Virus record (IMG/VR): IMGVR_UViG_3300046710_000506
Location: 1-32,338 of that record
Reading direction: 5' to 3' (one strand)
DNA length: 32,338 bases
Source: a virus
Taxonomy: Duplodnaviria > Caudoviricetes
Shown here: in pieces, positions 1-6,982 of the stretch
Position numbering within the stretch: position 1 is the stretch's first letter
Layout of the letters: every line of letters starts with the position of its first letter
Made by a program: the position numbers and the translations under genes
Notes under the pieces: model-generated
Seen by the model: the letters and a program-made list of their open reading frames with translations, nothing else
Databases searched by the model: none
What the model was told of the DNA's origin: nothing

Positions 1-256
1 GGAGGTGAATCGCACAACCAATGCTTACAAGTTGTCTGCAGCAGGCTTGCCTATGAACAAAGATTCCTACGGACCAGGTACAGTGCTGATGGGTAATGAT
101 TACTGCTACTCATATATAGTACACTTCTTGGCGCCTCGTGGCTTTGGCTCTTGGTATAGCGTGAGCACTGCGGGGGTGGGCGCGCGCCATTGGGCTGGCG
201 ATCGCGCGGACGCTTCCAGGGATGTTTCGTTTCGGTCGGGCCTTTTAATTGGATAA
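1..256 (+). CDS. 3' end of the DGR1 target protein (C-type-lectin/FGE-like C-terminus, probably a tail fibre or receptor-binding protein); truncated by the window start
   Basis: Open frame ends ...RGFGSW...AGVGARHW...DVSFRSGLLIG*, resembling the CLec-type GGxW...G/SFR terminus. It contains VR1 and lies directly upstream of avd-TR-RT. Confidence 0.8.
   Translation, partial: EVNRTTNAYKLSAAGLPMNKDSYGPGTVLMGNDYCYSYIVHFLAPRGFGSWYSVSTAGVGARHWAGDRADASRDVSFRSGLLIG
128..241 (+). repeat. DGR1 variable repeat (VR1)
   Basis: 114-nt ungapped match to 709-822. By hand count there are 21 mismatches opposite TR adenines and 2 at non-A positions (138, 172). Confidence 0.95.
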
Positions 257-316
257 ATGTCGCCGCGAGCGATAGTGAGCGGCTACCATTATAGTTCTTT
301 GACATCTTGAAATAAG

Positions 317-348
317 TTTGCGCCTCAAAAGGAAATACCCTATTTTTG
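317..348 (+). promoter_or_regulatory. Bacteroidota housekeeping-type promoter for avd-TR-RT
   Basis: TTTG (317-320), 20 nt, TATTTTTG (341-348) matches the TTTG-N19-21-TAnnTTTG consensus. An ATG follows at 354. Confidence 0.7.
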
Positions 349-353
349 CCCGC

Positions 354-692
354 ATGTCAGAATACCTGCTCATCGAAAAGAAGATCCGGGACATGATCTT
401 GTACAACAATATCATGCTTCGGCAATTTCCAAAGTTCGAGAAGTTTCTGCTGGCAGCCAAGATCCGGGACCTCGGTTACGATATCCTGGAGTTGGCTGTT
501 GCAGCCAACAAGCGGTACATCAAAAAGACTTCGTTTTCGGAGTTTGATGTGAAACATGAAACGCTAAGGCAGTTGATCAATCTTTCGTTTGAGTTAAAGT
601 ATATTGACAGCCAGAAGCACCGGGTGAGCCAGCTTAATATTGATGAAGTTGGCCGTATGTTGGGTGCCTGGATGAAGGCTAATACAGGGTGA
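354..692 (+). CDS. avd: DGR accessory variability determinant (Avd, four-helix bundle)
   Basis: 112 aa with FPKFEKFLLAAKIR and IDEVGRMLGAW motifs typical of bAvd, located between VR and TR. ATG 354 is preferred over TTG 318. Confidence 0.92.
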   Translation: MSEYLLIEKKIRDMILYNNIMLRQFPKFEKFLLAAKIRDLGYDILELAVAANKRYIKKTSFSEFDVKHETLRQLINLSFELKYIDSQKHRVSQLNIDEVGRMLGAWMKANTG

Positions 693-708
693 TGCTTGAA
701 TATGTTTA

Positions 709-822
709 ATGGCGCCTCTTGGCTTTGGCAATTGGAATAACATGAACAATGCCGGGGTGGGCGCGCGCAATTGGAATAACAATCGCACGAACGCTAACAG
801 AAATGTTTCGTTTCGGTCGGGA
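709..822 (+). ncRNA. DGR1 template repeat (TR1), part of the DGR RNA
   Basis: Non-coding AAY-rich copy of VR1 (30 adenines) between avd and RT. Confidence 0.95.
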
Positions 823-973
823 CTCTTAACAAAAGCCGTAAGCCGGAATCTCAAGGGATACCGGAGTGGACACAGTTAAAAGGGAGCATCATCCTTGTCA
901 TTGCGACAGAAATTAAAGGGCGTGGCCATTCGAGTAGCAATAATGCGAAAGTCTGGCCACCTCGCTTTTTTAT

Positions 974-1981
974 ATGAGAAGAGTAGGGGAGTTAAAATCT
1001 CTGTGGTGTAATTACGAGGCTCTCCTTCAGGCATGGGGTGAGGTGAAAAGAAATAAAAGCTATTTCTTTTCGCTACTGGCCTACGAACAAAACCTGGCTG
1101 TTAACCTGAGTGGTGTGCTGATAAGACTTCAAGACGGAAGTTATCAGCCGCGAGAATTAAGGACATTTTACGTCCATGATCCTAAGACCAGGCTGATAGA
1201 AGCCCCTTACCTGGAAGATCGTATCGTTCAACATGCTCTACTGATTGTCATCCGGGATATCATCGAGCGGCATTTCATTCATCAAAACTATGCCTGTCGC
1301 CGCCAGCGCGGTACCCATGCAGCCAGCGACCAGTTAAAATCCTACTTGGTAAACTATAAGGGCGAAGGTTACTTTCTGAAGGTGGATATCGAAAAGTTCT
1401 TTTATTCGGTGGACCACCGGGTACTGGAGGGGCAGCTGGGCCGATTAATTAAATGTGCCCCGACACTGGATCTTCTCAAAAAGTTCTACGCTAACGATTC
1501 CGGACGAGGCCTACCCCTGGGAAATGTTACATCCCAGGTGCTGGCTAACCTTGCCCTTGACCCCATTGATCATTTCATCAAAAGGGAGTTGAAAATAAGG
1601 CATTACGTGCGGTATATGGATGACCTGGTACTTTTATCCAAGTCCAAAGAACAGCTGCAGAATGCAAAGCTGCGCATCAGTGAGCAGGTTGAAAGGCTCA
1701 ACCTGCATGTTAACAGAAAAACCATTATTTCTCAGATCAAAAGTGGGGTTGATTTTGTAGGATATCGCACCTGGTACAATCGCAGGGTAATCAGAAAGAG
1801 GACTCTTTATAAAATAAGGCGCAAACTAAAACAAGATGCGAATTTGAACCGCATAGCAAGCTATTTGAGTCATGCGAAGCGAACGAATTCATTAGTATAT
1901 GTCATTAAACAGATTCTTGGGGTTGTACCCGAGCGTAGAGACTGGATTATTAAATGGTATTATAAAAATCGAAAATCATGA
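974..1981 (+). CDS. DGR reverse transcriptase RT1
   Basis: 335 aa with EDRIVQHA, KVDIEKFF, the DGR-type GLPLGNVTSQ signature, catalytic YMDD and DFVGYR. No maturase or endonuclease extension. Confidence 0.95.
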   Translation: MRRVGELKSLWCNYEALLQAWGEVKRNKSYFFSLLAYEQNLAVNLSGVLIRLQDGSYQPRELRTFYVHDPKTRLIEAPYLEDRIVQHALLIVIRDIIERHFIHQNYACRRQRGTHAASDQLKSYLVNYKGEGYFLKVDIEKFFYSVDHRVLEGQLGRLIKCAPTLDLLKKFYANDSGRGLPLGNVTSQVLANLALDPIDHFIKRELKIRHYVRYMDDLVLLSKSKEQLQNAKLRISEQVERLNLHVNRKTIISQIKSGVDFVGYRTWYNRRVIRKRTLYKIRRKLKQDANLNRIASYLSHAKRTNSLVYVIKQILGVVPERRDWIIKWYYKNRKS

Positions 1982-2400
1982 AATATTTTAAAGCAAAAGT
2001 TGTAAAAGACGGCGATGAAATTCTCGCCTTCGTAGCACCCGTTCGGTCGATCACGGAAGAAAATCGCTCGATAATGTATGACCGTCAGGGTGGCATTGAG
2101 TATCACGGATTGCCTGATGATGTTGATACGGAAGAAGTCCTGGCAAAGCAGCACCCAGAGTGCGAAGTCATAGAGATGTCATTTGCCGACATGGAACCGA
2201 TCCTTAAAGGCTGTCGACTTTACAAAGAGATTAATGCCCAGGTAAATCAGCGCATCCGGGATCACTATTCGATCGGTGATGAGTTCGCGGTGATGAAGCT
2301 CACAAAGACCACTACCGAGTACAAGGCCTATAAGCAGAAAGTTGATGACTGCTGCCAGGGCGGCAATGATCAGAAGGTCGCACTTGGGTTAAAACAGTAA
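1978..2400 (+). CDS. Hypothetical protein, possibly tail-fibre assembly-associated
   Basis: 140-aa ORF with ATGA overlap on the RT1 stop. The C-terminal IRDHYSIGDEFAV helix resembles small phage tail-fibre accessory proteins. Confidence 0.5.
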   Translation: MKYFKAKVVKDGDEILAFVAPVRSITEENRSIMYDRQGGIEYHGLPDDVDTEEVLAKQHPECEVIEMSFADMEPILKGCRLYKEINAQVNQRIRDHYSIGDEFAVMKLTKTTTEYKAYKQKVDDCCQGGNDQKVALGLKQ

Positions 2401-2403
2401 AAA

Positions 2404-3099
2404 ATGATTGATCTATTAAAAAACAAAGCAGACTGGGTAAATGAATTTCCTTGGGGAACATCTATTGACCCGTTCATCACGAATTCCATGTCGGAGATGG
2501 TTATTTGGAAACCTGACGGTACTGTTGAGTTCAATGTCAGTGATAACTTCATGTACAAAGGATGGGTAATGGATGATAACTGGCAGCGAAAGGATTGCTA
2601 TACACCATATGTCAATGGAATGATCATTTCGAAGCAACAGTTTCTTTATGGTACTTTTCATTGGAAAATGAGATTGCCTGGGTTCAGGGGATCCTGGCCA
2701 GGGGGATGGCTGATTGATGTTACCAATAACATGGGATGTCCTCCGGAGGTAGATGCGTTTGAAGGAGGCTTTAAGGATTGTCTGCTGTCCTGGTTCCATC
2801 TGACCGCAACTTATAACGATGGACCCACTTATGAAAATAACCTAAACATCTCAAAGGTTAAACGGTATTGGTTGCCCATTACATGGTTTGATATTGATGT
2901 GGATTTCGTCTGGCGAACTGATTACTTGTCAATCATCATAGATGGTAAATTGGTTATGGAAATCCATAAATCGGACTATCATAAATTTCCGAATCAGCCG
3001 ATGAATTTCATATTCGGCTCAGGTATAGGAAACTGGAATCCTCAGAAGAACAAATTTAAGCCAGTTATTTTAAAGTCATTAACCTACGAATCCTTATAA
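2404..3099 (+). CDS. Glycoside hydrolase family 16-like protein
   Basis: FLYGTF...GSWPGGWL...PPEVDAFE matches the GH16 WPAxW motif and catalytic ExDxxE; Trp-rich beta-type sequence. Confidence 0.75.
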   Translation: MIDLLKNKADWVNEFPWGTSIDPFITNSMSEMVIWKPDGTVEFNVSDNFMYKGWVMDDNWQRKDCYTPYVNGMIISKQQFLYGTFHWKMRLPGFRGSWPGGWLIDVTNNMGCPPEVDAFEGGFKDCLLSWFHLTATYNDGPTYENNLNISKVKRYWLPITWFDIDVDFVWRTDYLSIIIDGKLVMEIHKSDYHKFPNQPMNFIFGSGIGNWNPQKNKFKPVILKSLTYESL

Positions 3100-3132
3100 A
3101 AAAAGGAAAATTCTCTTTTTTTTCATTAAAGT

Positions 3133-3166
3133 AAAAAAGACGGCTTAATGGGCCGTCTTTTTTTTT
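3133..3166. terminator. Intrinsic terminator, potentially bidirectional
   Basis: aaaaaaGACGGC-ttaatgg-GCCGTC followed by a long T run. Confidence 0.85.
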
Positions 3167-3173
3167 ATATTTG
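3166..3173 (+). promoter_or_regulatory. Bacteroidota -7 promoter box
   Basis: TATATTTG = TAnnTTTG directly upstream of a structured leader; no clear -33 TTTG. Confidence 0.5.
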
Positions 3174-3194
3174 CCTGTCGTACATTTTTAGAGA

Positions 3195-3309
3195 GATGCA
3201 TACAGAATTTCAATTGTCGGGCCGGGCTTGCCCCGGTATCGGTGGGAAGGAAGATCCCATATATAGGCCCCGCAAGGAGTTCTGTATGCATCAAGGTACC
3301 GGGTTTTTT
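3195..3309 (+). ncRNA. Candidate structured RNA or leader
   Basis: Outer stem 3195-3211/3276-3292 (13 perfect bp plus G-U pairs) encloses GC-rich hairpins and is followed by a T tract. Confidence 0.45.
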
Positions 3310-3311
3310 AA

Positions 3312-3614
3312 TTGATGCTTATGGAAAATATTTCAACAGTCCTTATCAGGTTTAAGAAGAAGTTTCCTCCGGTAGCCAGCGCCGAAGAATCAAACCTTTC
3401 ATTTACTACCGATGGGATATTTGATGCCATCCAGGCATTTAATCCAACCATTGTGATTATGAAGGAGGACCTGTGCGATGCGCTCTCGGGGCTTGGATAT
3501 ACCTATGAGCCGGATCTCGGAGGAGAGATGAGCATTTCCTTTAAATGGCTGGTCAAGGTGTCGGAGGATTATCTGGCGGCTTCGAAGAAGAAGATGACCG
3601 CGGAAGCAGGATAA
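3312..3614 (+). CDS. Hypothetical protein
   Basis: About 100-aa ORF (true start probably ATG 3315 or 3321); no recognised motif. Confidence 0.6.
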   Translation: MMLMENISTVLIRFKKKFPPVASAEESNLSFTTDGIFDAIQAFNPTIVIMKEDLCDALSGLGYTYEPDLGGEMSISFKWLVKVSEDYLAASKKKMTAEAG

Positions 3615-3627
3615 TTCCTGCTTGAAT

Positions 3628-4149
3628 TCATTCCGGATCCTTTTTGCCTACATTATCCAGGGTTAACCTAATTGCCGCTATTTCTTTCTGTTTTCGCTGC
3701 AGAAGCCGCATTTCCACATACTGTTTCTTTTTGTGCCGCAATTCAATCAGACCATCCATCCAACCAACCAGGCTGTCGATGATCATATAAAAATATTTGA
3801 AGGCAAAGTAATTCCCGTTGGCCCATCCGTTGCGATCGGACAGGAGATTGAATAGCCTGGTGAGCTCGGCATTATATTCATCAGATTTATGTAAAGTACG
3901 AAAGTGCTGGTTTTCAAGATAAAACCACAAACGACGGTATTCGGTAAAGCATAAGACGTAAGCATCGTTAATCTGATAAAGGATCCCGGTCAGATCCTCA
4001 TTAATATGGAACACTGCCGAGTTGAGCGCCCTTTTATTTGTATATGAGAGTTTTACACCGTTTCCAAGACTTAGGGTATGCCGTTGTGCGTTGGTATAAA
4101 TGCTTGATTTATCTGGTGTTTTCATCTGATTTAGTTTGATTCTTTTCAT
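3628..4149 (-). CDS. Hypothetical helical protein
   Basis: 173-aa ORF filling the gap, convergent with 3312-3614. Confidence 0.6.
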   Translation of the reverse strand: MKRIKLNQMKTPDKSSIYTNAQRHTLSLGNGVKLSYTNKRALNSAVFHINEDLTGILYQINDAYVLCFTEYRRLWFYLENQHFRTLHKSDEYNAELTRLFNLLSDRNGWANGNYFAFKYFYMIIDSLVGWMDGLIELRHKKKQYVEMRLLQRKQKEIAAIRLTLDNVGKKDPE

Positions 4150-4433
4150 GCACAGCTAATTTACGATGTTTTTTGAAATATGTATGTAGGTGGATATCAG
4201 TTGGTTTATTTTTATGGTTTGTCCTATAATTAATAGTATGGAAAAGGTTAATCAATTACAAATAAGAGGGGTGCAAAATAATCAGCAAAGCCGTATTACT
4301 CTAAGTTCAGGATATTGTTAAGCCCCGGAAGGAAAATCAGTTACAGAAAAAAAAGACATGCAGTTTACCCGGTGCTTTATTTTATACTTAATCTACTGTC
4401 TTATAATGGTTATGGTCTTTATGTAGACAACCT

Positions 4434-4817
4434 TCATCCACGGCTTTCTTTTTTCCCCTCAAGTTCGCTTACCCTTGCCTCAAGCATTTCAATGATTTTC
4501 TTCTTATCATCTATTTGTTCCCGCAACATTCTATTCTCTTCCCTTAATTGAGTGGGGCCAGATCTATTATAGGCAATAATACCCTCATTTACCTGCTCAT
4601 CCGCTAACCAGGGATCTCCATCTTCACAAATCAACCACCTGGCATTCAGATTTGGTAATGCATTTAAGATGGAAATGAAGAATTCCAGCCCGGGATCGTT
4701 TTTATCATTGATATAATTCGAGAGGCTTGTAGTTGTCACGCCGGATATTTTCGTGAATCCGGCTTGTGATAATTCCTTATCATGTAAAATTTTCCTAATC
4801 CTTTGACCTAACGTCAT
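4434..4817 (-). CDS. CI-like XRE-family repressor (N-terminal HTH, C-terminal coiled coil)
   Basis: LGQRIRKIL...LSQAGF...TTSLSNYIND...P...LNARWLICEDG is an HTH_3 pattern; divergent from a Cro-like gene. Confidence 0.85.
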   Translation of the reverse strand: MTLGQRIRKILHDKELSQAGFTKISGVTTTSLSNYINDKNDPGLEFFISILNALPNLNARWLICEDGDPWLADEQVNEGIIAYNRSGPTQLREENRMLREQIDDKKKIIEMLEARVSELEGKKESRG

Positions 4818-4896
4818 TTGTGATAAAATTAAATTAAAAATATTCTAAATTATGGTTATTTATTCACAATAGAGTACAATATTCATAATTCTATCC

Positions 4897-4945
4897 TATA
4901 TTTGCAACGTGTAACAACAAACCATTACAAACAACAACAAAGATA
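4897..4945. promoter_or_regulatory. Face-to-face promoter pair of the genetic switch
   Basis: TATATTTG on + (4897-4904) points to cro. TATCTTTG on - (4945-4938) points to the repressor. Confidence 0.6.
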
Positions 4946-4984
4946 TAAAAATAAATACTGGTTTGTAAATAGCATAAAAGCATT

Positions 4985-5239
4985 ATGAAAATAGAAGAAA
5001 AAAAACTCAAGAAGGCATTGAAGGAGATCAATAAAGTAAGATCATATGGTTTTGCCCGGGAGGTTCAGGAAAGGATCAAGGTATTGAGGGATGGAAATAA
5101 TGAATACACAATTTCCTATATTAATATGGTGCTTTCGGGAACACGTTCGAACGCTATTATTGTAATGATGGCCATCAGGGTGGCCCGGGAGCTAAAATCG
5201 TTAAAAAAAGAAATTGAGGAATCGATATCCTCATTATAA
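4985..5239 (+). CDS. Cro-like small DNA-binding protein
   Basis: 84 aa, basic, HTH-like YTISYINMVLSGTRSN; first gene of the rightward early operon. Confidence 0.6.
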   Translation: MKIEEKKLKKALKEINKVRSYGFAREVQERIKVLRDGNNEYTISYINMVLSGTRSNAIIVMMAIRVARELKSLKKEIEESISSL

Positions 5240-5243
5240 ACAT

Positions 5244-5333
5244 CGCGCGGTAGCTCAGAGGCAGAACGCTGGGGCAATTTCGTAAGTTGCTTTCATAACC
5301 CAGAGGTCGGTGGTTCGAATCCATCCCGCGCAA
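5244..5333 (+). tRNA. tRNA-fMet(CAT)-like gene with an 18-nt insertion in the anticodon loop (possibly a pseudo-tRNA)
   Basis: Acceptor stem GCGCGG/CCGCGC with C1:A72 mismatch, anticodon stem CTGGG/CCCAG, CAT at 5294-5296, variable loop AGGTC, T arm GGTGG-TTCGAAT-CCATC. No encoded CCA. Confidence 0.75.
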
Positions 5334-5355
5334 CAGGATACCAATAAAAAAAGAT

Positions 5356-5922
5356 ATGGAAAAACCAACAGCAAAATCAATCCCATCCGGGTTAACCGAT
5401 CATTCGGTTCAATTCTTCGTCGATAACGGGGATATTGTTTTCCTGCAGGACGGTCACATGCACCCATTTCATGAAATCGACGATTTCAACCTGGATCTTA
5501 TTAGGAGCGATATGGACAATCATCCTAAGGCTATTGAGGCAATGGTGCAACTGGGAATCACTTCTCCGGTGAAACAACTCGAAAGGTACATCTATTGCAA
5601 TTTCGGAGGGTTTTCTGATAAGGCAGACATCACACCTGATGGAATCCTCAGGTATGATTACTGGGATTGCTGTGAACATGGTACCTGTAAACATGAAGGT
5701 AAGCTCTGCCATCTGCCTGAAGGCATCAACGGCATGCTTACACGCAAGGAAATTGAAATAACTCAGCTTATCGGACAGGATTTATGTGATAAGGAGGTTG
5801 CTTCCAGGCTTGGGATATCACCTCATACAGTTGCCATTCACCGAACTCATATTGAACATAAAATCGGTGCCCATTCAAAGGTGGGTATCGCACTTTTCGC
5901 AAAGGATCAAAAAATCATCTGA
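5356..5922 (+). CDS. LuxR-type HTH transcriptional regulator with Cys-rich linker
   Basis: C-terminal LTRKEIEITQLIGQDLCDKEVASRLGISPHTVAIHRTHIEHKIG is GerE/LuxR-like. Confidence 0.85.
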   Translation: MEKPTAKSIPSGLTDHSVQFFVDNGDIVFLQDGHMHPFHEIDDFNLDLIRSDMDNHPKAIEAMVQLGITSPVKQLERYIYCNFGGFSDKADITPDGILRYDYWDCCEHGTCKHEGKLCHLPEGINGMLTRKEIEITQLIGQDLCDKEVASRLGISPHTVAIHRTHIEHKIGAHSKVGIALFAKDQKII

Positions 5923-5924
5923 AC

Positions 5925-6173
5925 ATGGACCAGGAACAACTCGATTTATTCGGACAAACTCCGAATGAAGATCCACCGACGGTAATCAATGAAGATAGTG
6001 GCGATACCGAGATTACCGATTCAGATCCCCACAACCGTTCGCCTACTGAAATCAACATGGAGTCTCCTAAAGAAAAGGGGCCGGCCGCAAGACGGCTCCT
6101 TTCTGCCAAAGAACTCCGGGAAATGTCATACCAATTAAAATTCAAGTCCCCCCCACCAGAACCCGAACAATGA
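5925..6173 (+). CDS. Hypothetical protein
   Basis: Tightly packed ORF in the early operon. Confidence 0.5.
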   Translation: MDQEQLDLFGQTPNEDPPTVINEDSGDTEITDSDPHNRSPTEINMESPKEKGPAARRLLSAKELREMSYQLKFKSPPPEPEQ

Positions 6174-6427
6174 CGGCATTCTCAAATTTTTCGACACCGG
6201 ATTTAAAACTTATCAGGTTTTCACTGGACCTGACAAGGGAAAAATATAAATCAATTATTAATGCGGATGGGCCGCAAGCGGTTGTTGAATCTAAAGTTAT
6301 CCTCTCTGCCCAATGCCAGTCGGTGATTGATGCCGGTCCTCTTTTTGGATTTATTTTCGGGATCACTGCCAGATCAATTGAATTAATTAACGCCATCGAC
6401 GATGAGCTCGGAAAAAGAACAACTTGA
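6170..6427 (+). CDS. Hypothetical protein
   Basis: ATGA overlap with the upstream ORF. Confidence 0.55.
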   Translation: MTAFSNFSTPDLKLIRFSLDLTREKYKSIINADGPQAVVESKVILSAQCQSVIDAGPLFGFIFGITARSIELINAIDDELGKRTT

Positions 6428-6587
6428 TATCGTTCGGGAAGCAGTTTTGACTGCAGCCCTGGACTCAACTCTTTCCATTTATGATCTTACGATCCGTGAT
6501 CTTGATTATATCGCATTCACAATTGACCAGGTAATGATTAATAAAGGATTTGTGATTATCAAAAAAGAAGTTTTAACACCACAGTAA
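6402..6587 (+). CDS. Hypothetical protein
   Basis: 61-aa ORF packed between its neighbours. Confidence 0.5.
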   Translation: MSSEKEQLDIVREAVLTAALDSTLSIYDLTIRDLDYIAFTIDQVMINKGFVIIKKEVLTPQ

Positions 6588-6588
6588 A

Positions 6589-6972
6589 ATGGATAAAATC
6601 GTCTTTTCATATAACTGGAACAATAAACTGGCCGGGATCTATTTCACATCCCTGCGACTCCGCAATGATCAGAAATATATCCTTGGAAAAACATACGAAA
6701 TCTGCATCAGGAAAAAGAAACAGGATATATTTTTCTGCTATGCCACGCTGATGGATCTCCGAAACCTGAAATTACCGGAAATCAATCAATTCATTGCCGG
6801 CATCGATACCGGGTACTCGACTGATGAATGCCGGAATATCATCAAAACCATGTATAAAAATTCGAAGATAAATTGGGATAAGCAACAAATGGCACTTCTT
6901 CTCTTTCGGAAGAATGATAAAAATACACCCGCTCCCAACCTTCAATTCGAATTAGACCAAGCATCTGCATAA
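6589..6972 (+). CDS. Hypothetical protein (possibly ASCH/PUA-like)
   Basis: 127 aa; FSYNWNNKL...FTSLRL N-terminus. Confidence 0.55.
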   Translation: MDKIVFSYNWNNKLAGIYFTSLRLRNDQKYILGKTYEICIRKKKQDIFFCYATLMDLRNLKLPEINQFIAGIDTGYSTDECRNIIKTMYKNSKINWDKQQMALLLFRKNDKNTPAPNLQFELDQASA

Positions 6973-6982
6973 CGAACCAATT

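Noticed and set aside
709-822. Cross-targeting of TR1 to VR2a/b, or of TR2 to VR1
   Set aside because: No alignable non-adenine scaffold between the two systems beyond general AAY richness.
4315-4551. 78-aa plus-strand ORF
   Set aside because: It overlaps the repressor antisense, has a TTG start and shows no motif.
5244-5333. tRNA as the prophage attachment site
   Set aside because: It lies inside the early operon between cro and the LuxR-type gene, and no duplicate of its 3' end was seen in the window.
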